This document shows, in pieces, positions 1 through 12,659 of a stretch of DNA of 64,000 nt. Position numbers and translations under genes: made by a program. The stretch is taken from positions 54,684,001 through 54,748,000 of the forward strand of contig OX597828.1 of the NCBI GenBank assembly GCA_951406725.2, in the 5' to 3' direction. The DNA is from Octopus vulgaris (taxonomy: Eukaryota). The first letter of the stretch is position 1. Each line of letters begins with the position of its first letter. The notes below the pieces were generated by a model that saw only the letters and a list, made by a program, of their open reading frames with translations, made no database searches and was not told the DNA's origin.

Positions 1-514
1 TCATTCTACTTTAGTTTAATGCTGTATTTTGTAGAATATTTTATAATAATGTTTTATACTATGTGTGCAATGTAGCATTCCTAATAATCTAATATGTCAC
101 TTTTAGTGCATGCGCCATAGGTTGGCGATATCCGCTGCATATCGTTTCTAATCAGCCGATTCTGTAGCCATTTTCTCTCTGCTTCTTATCCTCGTGATTG
201 TATGATGGTTTGCTAAATTTGTTCATTTATTCATTGGCTGGTTCAAATGTCGTCCTGTGTCTACCTATTCACTACGTTATTCACATCCTGTTTTGCTAAA
301 GCTGTTCTATCATGGTGCTTCTCAAACTGTTCTTAACTATTTCCTCTTATCCTTGATCAACACTTTTTAAACAGCCCATGCTACGATTCGATTTATCTTC
401 CCCACCATTCACCTTTTAACGTACTTACACGTAATATCAGGCCGTGATGTTTATTCGTTTTGTTTCATTTACGTATTCGCATTTCGAAATTCATCATCAT
501 CATCATCATCATCA

Positions 515-546
<32 letters not shown>

Positions 547-549
<3 letters not shown>

Positions 550-1811
550 TAGTTTTATTTTTATTTTTATAGCGTGCTTTCACTTCACTACCGAGCGCAG
601 CTCTGTGTGCCTTAGGTATGTGCTGTGATTTGTTGTGATGCTCTGATGGTTATTGTATGGAAAGTGTTCTGCGTAGGATGTGTGCAGTGCCTAGTAGTGC
701 AATTTTCTGTATGTTATATGTGTTTGTAAGTCCTGGTGTTTTTGTTATGTATTTGTCTGAATATTTTTTTATCATGCCTAATGCACCTACTAAGATAGGA
801 ATTGTTTCTGTTTTCAGATTCCACATTCTAGTTACCTCTATTTCCAGGTCTTTGTATTTTGAGAGTTTCTCCATTTCTTTTAGAGACACGTTGTCATCTG
901 CCGGTACTGATACATCAATTAGAAAGCATTTTTTTTCTTCATGGTCTCTGACAACTATATCTGGTCTGTTGGCCTTAATTTCTCTATCTGTGTGTATCGG
1001 CATATCCCAGAGTATGGTTGCTTTCTCGTTTTCTGTGACCTTTTCTGGTGTGTGCCTATACCATCTTTTTTCTGTTGTTATTCCATAATGTTGGCATAGC
1101 TTCCAATGTATGTAGGTTCCAACTCTGTCATGTCTGTGAATATATTCATTCTTAGCCAGGACTGGGCAGCTAGAGATAATATGATTTATTGTTTCGTGTC
1201 CATCTCCACATATTCTGCAGTTACTTGTAATATTTCTTTTCATTACATGTTTTTGGTAATTTCTGGTGGGGAGGCTTTGGTCTTGTGCTGCAATTAAAAA
1301 TCCCTCTGTTTCTGCTTTGAGTCCTGAGCTTCTCAACCATTGCTGGGATTTTTCTTTGTCTATTTCTTTTGCGTTTAGTTTAGTCCAGTATTTACCATGA
1401 AGGGGCTTTTCTTGCCATCGTTTTATCATGGTTCGTTGCTGTTCTATTTTTAGTTTGGATTTCATTTTTTTTATAGCTTTTGTTGTTTCTTCATCTTCTT
1501 CTTCTTCATGTTTATTAGGTGGTATGATTTCTTGTTTGTATTTGTCAGCTTCCTTAAATACTGAGAACAGTTTTTTGTTTTGCTCGTGTTTTGCCGCTAT
1601 CTGGATCAGTTTTCCTTCCTTCTGAAGTAGATATTTTTGCAGTCCTATGGTGGTTATTTTATAGTAGTTTTCCAGCTGTATAAGGCCTCTACCACCTTCT
1701 ATACGTTGTATATATAGTCTTTCTATGTCAGATTTTGGGTGATGCATCCTAGATCCTGTCATTATTTTTCTTGTTTTCCTGTCTATTTTGGTCAGTTCAT
1801 TTCGTGTCCAG
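547..1811 (-). mobile_element. 5'-truncated R4/Dong-like non-LTR retrotransposon (RLE-type), subfamily 1, inserted in (TAA)n
   Basis: The open frame 650-~1810 has a CCHC knuckle (CRICGDGHETINHIISSC), an RHD motif and a PD-(D/E)xK endonuclease (RPDIVVRD..LIDVSV..KLSKYKDL). A 100-bp 3' UTR runs into (TAA)n, and the 5' break also joins (TAA)n. Confidence 0.92.
650..1762 (-). CDS. C-terminal part (thumb, CCHC, restriction-like endonuclease) of the retrotransposon ORF; uninterrupted but 5'-truncated
   Basis: 370 aa without stops; the frame extends upstream (WTRNELTKIDRKTRKI) to the microsatellite junction. Confidence 0.85.
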   Translation of the reverse strand: MTGSRMHHPKSDIERLYIQRIEGGRGLIQLENYYKITTIGLQKYLLQKEGKLIQIAAKHEQNKKLFSVFKEADKYKQEIIPPNKHEEEEDEETTKAIKKMKSKLKIEQQRTMIKRWQEKPLHGKYWTKLNAKEIDKEKSQQWLRSSGLKAETEGFLIAAQDQSLPTRNYQKHVMKRNITSNCRICGDGHETINHIISSCPVLAKNEYIHRHDRVGTYIHWKLCQHYGITTEKRWYRHTPEKVTENEKATILWDMPIHTDREIKANRPDIVVRDHEEKKCFLIDVSVPADDNVSLKEMEKLSKYKDLEIEVTRMWNLKTETIPILVGALGMIKKYSDKYITKTPGLTNTYNIQKIALLGTAHILRRTLSIQ

Positions 1812-1830
1812 TTATTATTATTATTATTTC

Positions 1831-1877
<47 letters not shown>

Positions 1878-1911
1878 CATCATCATCATCATCATTATTA
1901 TTATTATCATT

Positions 1912-1942
<31 letters not shown>

Positions 1943-1969
1943 TTATTATTATTATTGTTGTTGTTGTTG

Positions 1970-2018
<49 letters not shown>

Positions 2019-2065
2019 CATCATCATCATCATCATTATTATTATTATCATTATTATTATTATTA

Positions 2066-2143
<78 letters not shown>

Positions 2144-2153
2144 TTATTATTAT
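1812..2153. repeat. (TTA)n/(TCA)n/(TTG)n compound microsatellite
   Basis: Seen directly. Confidence 0.97.
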
Positions 2154-2154
2154 T

Positions 2155-2812
2155 TCTCAGAATGTTCGGTTTTATTTGTTCTGGTAGATTCTGTGAGGAC
2201 GGACAGCAGTCTGCCGTCAGAGGTCTTACAGGTTCTCTTTCTGCACATTATAAGCTTTGATACTTAATGTATCCCACGATAATTAACAAATTATCGTGGG
2301 AGACATTCAACATCCAACTACCAATCTTAAAATCCTAGCTAACCCCCAGCAGAGCAGTTTTTGGTCTTGCTCTGCTCTCATGTCAATTCCGATTTCTTTG
2401 ACATATTTCACGAACTGGTTGTTAGTACTCCAAGTGCCTCTATAACTACTGGAATGACAGACACTCTCCTCATAGTCCACATTCTTGCAATTTCCTCTTT
2501 TAGAAGTCCGTACTTTTCAGTCTTTTCTAGTTCGTTGTCCATTATGCGTGCATTTCCAAGTATTGCAATATCTATGATCTTGGTTTCCTTTTTTCCCTTT
2601 ATCTACCACAAGAATATTTGGTTTCCGAGCTAAGGAGTCACATTGGATTGTAAAATCTCGCAGTATCTTATGTTCCTTGTACTCGGTGATACCTTCTGGT
2701 TCATGTTCATAGCATTTCCATGCTCTGTTCAGGCCGTACTTTTCACATAGCCTCCAGTGAACGAACTTAGTCACGTTATCGTGCCTCCTTTTGCAGGGCA
2801 TTTGGGTCATTT
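2155..2812 (-). mobile_element. Decayed R4/Dong-like LINE 3' end, subfamily 2
   Basis: Translates as RRHDNVTKFVHWRLCEKYG..RKPNILVVDK, then after a frameshift IIDIAILG..EKYGLLKEEIARMW..IPVVIEALG; the 3' UTR ends at (TAA)n. Confidence 0.8.
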
Positions 2813-3599
2813 TAGCGCTCTATTTCTGTGCTCTGTTCAGGCCGTACTCATAACATATCTGTGGTCTATTCAGGCCGTACTCCTACTATTTGCGTGCTCT
2901 GCTCAGGCCGTACAATAAAGTACATTAAAGATGTATATCCCTATATTCTTGAGGAAAGCATTTGATGTTTCTAAGGTATTTTTACCAGAGGGTTAATAAT
3001 CTTGGGCCCTTTGTTTTCTGTATCTCCACTGATTATTAACTTTGGGATACTTCTATTACAATTTTGTTTAGGAATGTTAATTCATCGGATATTTACTCTG
3101 TTTGCAGTTCGTACCTGCACAAGGAAAAAAAACTGATTTTATTCAGGTATATCGCGTCATTTCTTCTGGCAAACAAGTATTTTTAAAGTGTAATTAAGCC
3201 ATGTTTTTTTTTTTCTGATAAGGTGCACAAGGACCATGGCTCGGAATTCTTTATCTCAGTAGTAGGACTGCCTTTCATTGCTCAGTTCATTGCTGCGAAA
3301 GAATCGTTACATTTCTGCCGTAAATATTACGAAACAAGTGCGTATTATATGGAGATATGGTGTTCCAAATATATCGTCGCTAATGACGTGTGTAATATTT
3401 TCGCTTACTTGTGCAGATGCGCGTTTTCACTTACTTGTGACGAGAAGTGTTTTATAAGACACAAGAGCGCGCAAACACATACATACACATACACACACAC
3501 GCACGTACACACACACACACTACACATACACACATGCGTGAACATGTTTGCATATATGTATATGTCTATACAAATTTATACACACACATATGCTCATAT

Positions 3600-3707
3600 G
3601 TATATCTGTTAAGTGTTGACTGTTGGAAGAAATAGCACTCAATTGCATAGCAGAGATTAATAATATTTTTATATTGGTCGAGACAGTTTTCTTCTACATA
3701 TGGAGCT

Positions 3708-3712
<5 letters not shown>
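3600..3712 (-). mobile_element. Tail of a (TA)n-associated element related to 4184-4275
   Basis: Reverse complement 'ctctgctatgcaattgagtgctatt' matches 'ctctgctatgtattgagtacctt' at ~4213. Confidence 0.45.
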
Positions 3713-4046
<334 letters not shown>

Positions 4047-4061
4047 TTATTTTATAGAAGG

Positions 4062-4112
4062 AGCTTCTACAGGACTAGAACTGTTTCATTCAAAAGAAAT
4101 CATCAGGAAGCT
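4062..4112 (-). ncRNA. Type I minimal hammerhead ribozyme motif
   Basis: Minus strand reads agcttc-CTGATGA-tttcttttgaat-GAAA-cag-ttctagtc-ctg-TA-gaagct: intact core, 6-bp stem I, stem III and a GUA cleavage triplet. Confidence 0.8.
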
Positions 4113-4138
4113 AGGTGACAAAACTATTCTTGTCACCT

Positions 4139-4189
4139 AGCTTCCTGGTGATTTCTTTTGAATGAAACAGTTCTAATCCTGTAGAAGCT
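4139..4189 (+). ncRNA. Hammerhead ribozyme motif with a core variant (CTGGTGA)
   Basis: Mirror of 4062-4112 with an A>G change in the CUGANGA core, so probably impaired. Confidence 0.6.
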
Positions 4190-4271
4190 CCTTCTATAAA
4201 ATAAATTAATTTACTCTGCTATGTATTGAGTACCTTATTTACTGTGGTTAACCCCGACTCAACCCGGGACC

Positions 4272-4330
<59 letters not shown>

Positions 4331-4615
4331 GTGTATGTATGTGTGTATGTATGTGTGCATGTATGCATGTAGTATGTCATTATTCAGTTTTATTTCAGGA
4401 TTTCTTGCCAACAGAGAAAGAGCCGGTTTCTAACTTAGATCCTAAGCTCCTTCATTGCAATTTCAGCAACATCAATAAGGTATTTTTGCTTGTTTGTATG
4501 TATGTATATGTGCAAGTTATGTTTTGTTTTATGTACGTATGTATGTATGACGCGGCCAAAATAAGAATATTATATATATATATATATACATATATATGTA
4601 TGAACATACGTACAT

Positions 4616-4710
<95 letters not shown>

Positions 4711-4755
4711 CATATATACGTATATATATATATGTACACATATACATATATACAT

Positions 4756-4789
<34 letters not shown>

Positions 4790-4843
4790 GGATATAGATA
4801 TAGTCAGAAAGATAGATAGTTAGACTGACAGATAGACAGACAG

Positions 4844-4890
<47 letters not shown>

Positions 4891-5340
4891 ATATAGATAT
4901 AGTCAGAAAGATAGATAGATAGACTGACAGATAGACAGACAGACAGAAAGACAGACAAATAGATATTATAATCAAACAGACATCGCCAACATAAACACTG
5001 AACACTCAACAGCCGAGCTTGTTCGTTTTTCTACCCCTGTTTTCTGTCTCACAAAATATTGATTTAGATTTCGATATCATGGAACAATCTGCTGTTTGTT
5101 TTCACAGCATTTGTTCCACCACCCTGATCTCCCACCCCTCTCCTCCCTTATTCTCTCACTCTCTCTCCTAATTACAGCCGACATATTTGAAAAGTGTAAT
5201 TAAAACAAAACACTGTCTGATCACCATAAGTGATTTAGTGTATATTTATAGTTTAACTTAATATATTCTTAGCGCGACCTTCCTCATATTTGATTGATGT
5301 GAAGATCTGGGGGATAATAAAGATTAATAATAGCAACGGC

Positions 5341-5586
<246 letters not shown>

Positions 5587-5587
5587 C

Positions 5588-5814
5588 CGTTTCTTTATTT
5601 GTCGCAAAGGCGACGGATGAAGGGACAAATAAAGTTAAAAATTAAAATAAGCAGTTTTACATAAATCTAGTTGGAGCAAAAAAAAAAACAGGCATGTAAA
5701 ACCAACAGTGTAAACAAAAATGACATGAAACGTCTCTGTAGGGAAAGGATAATAATACACCTCTCGAGAAGGAGGACAAACAGGAAACTGCACTGGCCCT
5801 GGATAACCATTACA

Positions 5815-5815
<1 letters not shown>
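5588..5815 (-). mobile_element. Probable LINE 3' UTR fragment between (AAT)n tracts (second copy at 8150-8377)
   Basis: Ends in aataaagaaa on the minus strand; the terminus resembles the SINE family A tail. Confidence 0.4.
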
Positions 5816-5892
<77 letters not shown>

Positions 5893-5897
<5 letters not shown>

Positions 5898-6358
5898 GAT
5901 GGTCTACAGCAAATATTCTGCTCAATACCACAGATTTGCTTGTCAGTTGTTTGACCTTAACCAGTTGAGCATGTTCCTTAGTGGCTGACGATATGTGCAT
6001 CTCTGATCACGAGCAGAAGTAGTGGGGAAGCATCATAGCCATGTGTTGAGAGGGATTCTTTGGGGTTTGAATGATTCACCTCTGGAAACATGGGTGTTTT
6101 ATTCATCATCCTTAAACAACCCTTAATCAGGGACCTTTTGAGTGGGATGGGTTACCCAACCAGAAGAAAATTCTAAATGGGCCCCACCCGCAAGGTCATG
6201 CGCTGTTTATCTTGTTATGAGATCACCATGTCGCGCACATATGGTTGTGATGCATGTGCCTGGTGTACCCTTATCAGACGGGTAGTCATGATGGGTATAC
6301 TGGGCTTCGTATGTTTGTACCCCAGTGTCACTTGATGGCATGCACTCCTCTCTCACTC

Positions 6359-6360
<2 letters not shown>
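5893..6360 (+). mobile_element. Non-coding (TAA)n-embedded retroelement, 5'-truncated copy
   Basis: Homologous to 6878-7375, 8446-8910, 8969-9140 and 10865-11020; bounded by (TAA)n; no ORF. Confidence 0.75.
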
Positions 6361-6434
<74 letters not shown>

Positions 6435-6435
<1 letters not shown>

Positions 6436-6862
6436 GCAAATATAAAGATCTTGAAATAGAAATCAGCTAAATGTGGAAGCTGAAGACTAAAACAATACCT
6501 GTTGTCATAGGTGCCCTGGGAATGATAGCAAAAGGGGCTGATAGCTACCTAACTCAGATACCAGGAAACCCAAAAATGGCAGAAGTTCAAAAGATAGTGC
6601 TCATGGGAACTGCTCATATCCTACGCAAAATACTCTCTATGTAATCTCAAGGTTTAAAACAAACATAATTTTCGGTTTAAAAAAAAAAAAAAAAAAAAAA
6701 ATTTTTTTTTTAGACATTCATTAGTACAACATCCCCACCCCCCAAATATATGGCACACTAGGCATAACAGCAACATGAACTTCCAACCCTGTTGTCTCTT
6801 GAGGTCTCTGGGTGAGACTTGGAGCCAACTTGTACAAATATAAAGCAAAAGTCAAACATAGA
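6435..6862 (+). mobile_element. R4/Dong-like LINE extreme 3' fragment, subfamily 3
   Basis: Translates as SKYKDLEIEIS*MWKLKTKTIPVVIGALGMI..QKIVLMGTAHILRKILSM*; has its own ~215-bp UTR; (TAA)n on both sides. Confidence 0.88.
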
Positions 6863-6877
6863 ATAATAATAATAATA

Positions 6878-7375
6878 AAATGCCCTGATGCAGTACCAGG
6901 CAGTGGCTCTCATGGCTTCTGATCTTAACTGAATGGAAGTGTTATCATGTACATTGTTTTGTCTTGGTATAAAATATGGGTTAACAGCAAATATTCTGCT
7001 CAATACCACAGATTTGGTTGTCAGTTGTTTGACCTTAACCAGTTGAACGTATCCCTTGGTGGCTGACGATATGTGCATCTCTGATCACGAGCAGAAGTAG
7101 TGTGGGGAGCATCATAACTATGTGTTGAGAGGTATTCTTTGGAGTTTGAATAATTCACTTTGGAAATATGGGTGTTTCATTCATCATTCAGGGACCTTTT
7201 GAGCGGGATGGGCCACTCGACCTGTTGAAAATTCTAACTGGGCCCCACCTGCAAGGTCATGCGTGGTTTATCTTGTTATGAGGTCACCACTTCGCGCACA
7301 TATGATTGTGATGCATGTGCATTCAGACGGGTAGTCATGATGGGTATACTGGGCTTCGTATATTTTACCCCAGTA
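6878..7375 (+). mobile_element. Non-coding (TAA)n-embedded retroelement, longer copy
   Basis: Same family as 5893-6360 with an extra ~95 bp at the 5' end. Confidence 0.75.
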
Positions 7376-7385
7376 AATAGTAGTA

Positions 7386-7437
<52 letters not shown>

Positions 7438-7440
<3 letters not shown>

Positions 7441-7843
7441 TAGCATCCCCCACACATGGATCCTCGAAACACTAGCCATTAACAAAGTAGCACCAACAAT
7501 CATAAAATTCATAGAGCACTCTATGAATAAATGGCAAACAGTCCTACACCTCCAAACAAAAGAGGGACTCATGAAAACCAAAGACATCCCCATTAGAAGA
7601 GGAATATTCCAGGGAGACACGCTCTCTCCACTCCTTTTCTGCTTGGCACTGTCACCTCTATCTGATATGCTAAATAGAACTGGATGCGGATATAAATGTT
7701 ACGGCAAAACGATCAGCCACCTTTTATATATGGATGACCTAAAACTATACGCTGCAAATGACAAACAGCTGGAAACACTATTAAAGACAGTTCATGGATT
7801 TACCAAAGAAATAGATATGAAATTTGGATTAGAAAAATGCGCC
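7438..7843 (+). mobile_element. Reverse-transcriptase fragment of an R4/Dong-like LINE
   Basis: Translates as DSIPH..RRGIFQGDTLSPLLFCL..HLLYMDDLKLYA..KFGLEKCA; starts directly at (TAA)n. Confidence 0.92.
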
Positions 7844-7913
7844 GACCTTCCTCATATTTGATTGATGTGAAGATCTAGGGATAATAAAGATTACATAATA
7901 GCAACGGCAATGA

Positions 7914-7950
<37 letters not shown>

Positions 7951-7958
7951 GGATAATG

Positions 7959-8012
<54 letters not shown>

Positions 8013-8022
8013 GATAATGATA

Positions 8023-8065
<43 letters not shown>

Positions 8066-8071
8066 TAGCTG

Positions 8072-8134
<63 letters not shown>

Positions 8135-8373
8135 GTGATGATGATAATAATGTTTCTTTATTTCACCCAAAGGCGACGGATAGAAGGGACTATATATAAA
8201 GTTAAAAATTAAAATAAGCAGTTTTACATAAATCAGTTGAGCAAAAAACTACATGTAAAATAACCAACATAGACTGCAAAAATATGAAACGTCTCTGTAG
8301 GGAAAGGATAATAATACACCTCTCGAGAAGGAGGACAAACAGGAAACTGCACTGGCCCTGGATAACCATTACA

Positions 8374-8450
<77 letters not shown>

Positions 8451-8909
8451 GATGGTCTACAGCAAATATTCTGCTCAATACCACAGATTTGCTTGTCAGT
8501 TGTTTGACCTTAACCAGTTGAGCATGTCCCTTAGTGGCTGACGATATGTGCATCTCTGATCACGAGCAGAAGTAGTGGGGAAGCATCATAGCCATGTGTT
8601 GAGATGGATTCTTTGGGGTTTGAATGATTCACCTCTGGAAACATGGGTGTTTTATTCATCATCCTTAAACAACCCTTAATCAGGGACCTTTGAGTGGGAT
8701 GGGTTACCCAACCAGAAGAAAATTCTAAATGGGCCCCACCCGCAAGGTCATGCTGCTGTTTATCTTGTTATGAGATCACCATGTCGCGCACATATGGTTG
8801 TGATGCATGTGCCTGTGTACCCTTATCAGACGGGTAGTCATGATGGGTATACTGGGCTTCGTATGTTTGTACCCCAGTGTCACTTGATGGCATGCACTCC
8901 TCTCTACTC

Positions 8910-8967
<58 letters not shown>

Positions 8968-9310
8968 GCAAATGCCCTGATGCAGTACCAGGCAGTGGCT
9001 CTCATGGCTTCTGATCTTAACTGAATGGAAGTGTTATCATGTACATTGTTTTGTCTTGGTATAAAATATGGGTTAACAGCAAATATTCTGCTCAATACCA
9101 CAGATTTGGTTGTCAGTTGTTTGACCTTAACCAGTTGAACGAATTCCTATCATAGTAGGCTGCATTATGTGCATCTCTGATCACGAGCAGAAGTAGTGTC
9201 AGACAAATACATAACTAAAACACTTTGGAGTTTGAATAATTCACACATGGATAATATACAGAAAATTGCGACCTTTTGAGCTAGGCACTGCCACATCGAC
9301 CTGTTGCAGA
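7843..9310 (+). repeat. Near-identical second copy of 5276-6360 plus 6878-7230, lacking the 6435-6862 insertion; probable assembly mosaic
   Basis: Direct sequence match; 9140-9310 interleaves two unrelated sequences. Confidence 0.8.
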
Positions 9311-9425
9311 ACACTTTCCATACAATAACCATCAGAGCATCACAACAAATCACAGCACATACCCAAGGCACACAGAGCTGCATTCTCGGTAGTGAAGTGA
9401 AAGCACGCTATAAAAATAAAAATAA
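9306..9425 (+). mobile_element. 3' end and UTR of subfamily 1 R4/Dong-like LINE
   Basis: Near-identical to the reverse complement of ~555-672; ends in (TAA)n. Confidence 0.85.
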
Positions 9426-9469
<44 letters not shown>

Positions 9470-9473
9470 AATA

Positions 9474-9505
<32 letters not shown>

Positions 9506-9719
9506 AACAACAACAACAACAGACGAATGAAGGTATTTTACCGAGACAGGTTGCAAAGTTGTAGGCTTTGGGATCAAATATCGAAAACAAGGTTAAAAAA
9601 CAGCAATACAAATGATTCAAATATATGATATGAGGGGGGAGGGTCACTGAGAAAATCTCACGGATACAGGATTAAACATGAATCAAGGCCAAGTGCCCTT
9701 TCTCAGCTGTGTTTTCCGG

Positions 9720-10135
9720 TGAGCAAAAAAAAAAAAGTTGCTTGTATAGCCATTCACAGGAGCCATTCTCGCCCCTCTTATTTACCTATTACTCACTTGA
9801 TAGCAGCACCTTCATATTTTCCCAACCTTCCTCTTCAAGTGGATGGGTTTAATAAGGACTTGGCCGAAGAGGAAGTGTCTGTGCTCAGTATTTTCAATTT
9901 TGTCCCTTATATAACCTATTCTGTCATAGCTACCAGGCAGAAGAAAACGTTCTCCTCTTCCCGTCCTAAAGAAAGTGGCGGGGTCTCAATGGACTCTACT
10001 GAGAGCTGGATTCATACTGCACAATACAATAACTGTCCGACGTATTTCCATAAGTCAGCAATTTTGAAACAATTAACAAGTGCGTGTAAAGTGGTTTTGT
10101 CATTTTTCATGCATCTCTGACCTGCCACGTTAACG
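9720..10135 (-). mobile_element. Decayed Tx1/L1-like LINE ORF2 C-terminus (zf-RVT-like)
   Basis: Minus-strand translation QRCMKNDKTTLHALVNCFKIADLWKYV..FFCLVAM, with stops. Confidence 0.55.
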
Positions 10136-10269
10136 GTCCATCTGGTCTTCAGGGTTCATTTTGAACTGGTAATGGTTCTTGTAGCATTGTCGTGCCATGG
10201 ATTTCAAGAAGTGGTCGATAGATTCCAAACTCAAAATCCACTGGAATTGCGATCTTTGTCAACCTCTAT

Positions 10270-10672
10270 TCTCTTTCACTCTTTTACTTGTTTCAGTCAT
10301 TTGACTGTGGCCATGCTGGAGCACCAACTTTAGTCGAGCAAATCGACCCCCAGGACTTAATCTTTGTAAGCCTAGTACTTATTCTATCGGTCTCTTTTGC
10401 CGAACCGCTAAGTTACGGGGACGTAAACACAACAGCGTCAGTTGTCAAGCGATGTTGAGGGGACAAACACAGACACACAAACATATGCACACACATATAT
10501 ACATATAAACATATATACATATATACGACGGGCTTCATTCAGTTTCCGTCTACTAAATCCACTCACAAGGCTTTGGTCGGCCCGAGTTTATAGTAGAAGA
10601 CACTTGCCCAGGGTGCCCGAAACCATGTGGTTGGTAAGCAAGCTACTTACCACACAGCCACTCCTACGCCTA
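10270..10672 (-). mobile_element. tRNA-derived SINE family B (bipartite, internal microsatellite)
   Basis: Reverse complement of 61012-61430. Confidence 0.85.
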
Positions 10673-10864
10673 TACACTAATATTATTTTTCTTTTTTGTC
10701 TTTGGTTAGTATTATTTCCTACTTGCTTTCATTTAGAAATCAAGGGGAATGATTTCTGTTGCTGACAAACTTTGCGACCTGGGCATCAATATTCTGAAAT
10801 TGACCCATTTTCCATTACATTTCAAGCAGATTCGGCGCTGAGCTACTGAAGCAGAATTATCGTT

Positions 10865-11020
10865 ATAGCAAAGATTCTGCTCAATATCACAAATTTACTT
10901 ATCAGTTGCTTGATCTTAACCACTTGAGCATGTCTGTTAGTGACTGACAATATGTGCATCTTTGATCACGAGCAGGTGTAATGGGGAGCCATGTATTGAG
11001 GGATTCTTTGGGGGTTTGAA
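10865..11020 (+). mobile_element. Decayed fragment of the (TAA)n-embedded non-coding element
   Basis: Aligns to 5906-6070. Confidence 0.65.
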
Positions 11021-11132
11021 GGAAATGTTAGCCATTTTTCATACTTCCTAAAGGCATGTAAATAGGAAATAACAGTTGCCACCCAAGGACAAAAATTATG
11101 TTACACGGTGTTATTATTAGTAGTATTTAACC

Positions 11133-11345
11133 CGGCGAGCTGGCTGAATCGTTAGCACGCCGGGCGAAATGTTTACCGCCATTTCGTCCATCCTTACGGT
11201 CTGAGTTCAAATTCCGCCGAGGTCGACTTTGCTTTCATCATTTCGGGGTGAATGAAATAGATACCAGTTATGCACTGGGGTCGATGTAATTGACTTACCC
11301 CAATACCCCAATTTTAGGTCCCGTGCCTATAGTAGAAAAGATTAT
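11133..11345 (+). mobile_element. tRNA-derived SINE family A
   Basis: ggcgagctggc A-box head, gagttcaaattc B-box and central gtcgactttgc..ggggt..taccagt domain. Confidence 0.85.
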
Positions 11346-12139
11346 TTAGGCGGTAGACAGTGATATCCTTTAGAAGACAGTGATAGAATCTGGAAGATAG
11401 CGATATCCCCTTGGAAACAGAGATATCGCCTAAAAGACAGAGATATTACCAGAAACATCCGATTATAGCATCACAAAGGAGATTGAAATATCACATACGC
11501 GACTGATATATCACTTAAATGACATAGATATTACATGAAGGACAAAATACCTTATGTGGTATCTATCTATTCCATATAATATCACTATGAACGCAAATAT
11601 AAGTAACTGAAAAAACAACCCAGTCTGCTCGTAGAAACTGTAGGTTTTCATATTTTAAGTAATGAAGACGAAGGGATGTGGTATGCTACAAACATCCCAT
11701 TGACTCTCTTACCATTTGTAACATTTATGTATATACCCATATAGATAGATACATACATATACACACACACATATGTCTATATGTGATTATGTACATATGT
11801 ATGCATGTATATATACATGTATGTATGATTATGGGCACAGCTATCCACATGTCTAAGAAGCAGTCTCGTTACATTTAATATTTACCACCATTTAAGTTGA
11901 AAATCTTAGCGGCTAAATTGTTAATTTGTAATTTGATCATATTGTTGCGTTTAACTAACGTCGTTAAAATCAAATCAATATATGATATTTAGCTATGTGG
12001 ATATTAATGGATGTAGTCTAAGTTAATGGAGCTAAGTGGACCGTGAATTATCTGGGAATGAGGTGAGTTATTTATGGAGACAGAAAAATGGTAAAGAATC
12101 ACTGTAATGCAGTCAGTGACTCGGTAACCCATCGCATCA

Positions 12140-12188
<49 letters not shown>

Positions 12189-12247
12189 TATGTGTGTGTG
12201 TATGTGTGTGTGTGTGTGTGTGTGTGCTTGTGTGTTTGTGTGTGTGT

Positions 12248-12438
12248 GTATCGTTGGCGATTTTCTTTCTCCGTCTTCCCTTCTTTGGACTTTTTCTTTT
12301 TTTTTCTATATTTCTGACGAAGAGCTCCGCTCGAAACGTTAAATCCTCTTTCTTTCTTTCTTTTCCTGTCGTCCAATAACAATATACTTATTTCAAGTCC
12401 TCGCTTTGTTGTGTTTTCTCTTTGTTCATGTTTGGATC

Positions 12439-12445
<7 letters not shown>
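12248..12445 (+). mobile_element. Short hammerhead-bearing element (PLE pLTR-like) ending at (TA)n
   Basis: Homologous to 50007-50215; contains attt-CTGACGA-agagctccgctc-GAAAC-GTT-aaat at 12310-12344. Confidence 0.7.
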
Positions 12446-12469
<24 letters not shown>

Positions 12470-12659
12470 CCCAGAACCACACCAGTAGCTTAGGAGTGAA
12501 ATTTATGATTTCTCAGTTTTCTGTGAATCGATTTTGATAAAACTTTCCCCAGCTGGTTTGCACACTATGGCAGCACCATTGTTATGTTTTCCTTATTCTG
12601 TGTAACATCCTTTCTGTTTTTTTTTTATTTCAGATTCTTCAGTTTTGGATTGAACCACG

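Noticed and set aside
2721-2912. CRISPR-like repeat-spacer look
   Set aside because: Eukaryotic context, spacers only ~14 bp, repeat derived from LINE sequence, and no cas genes.
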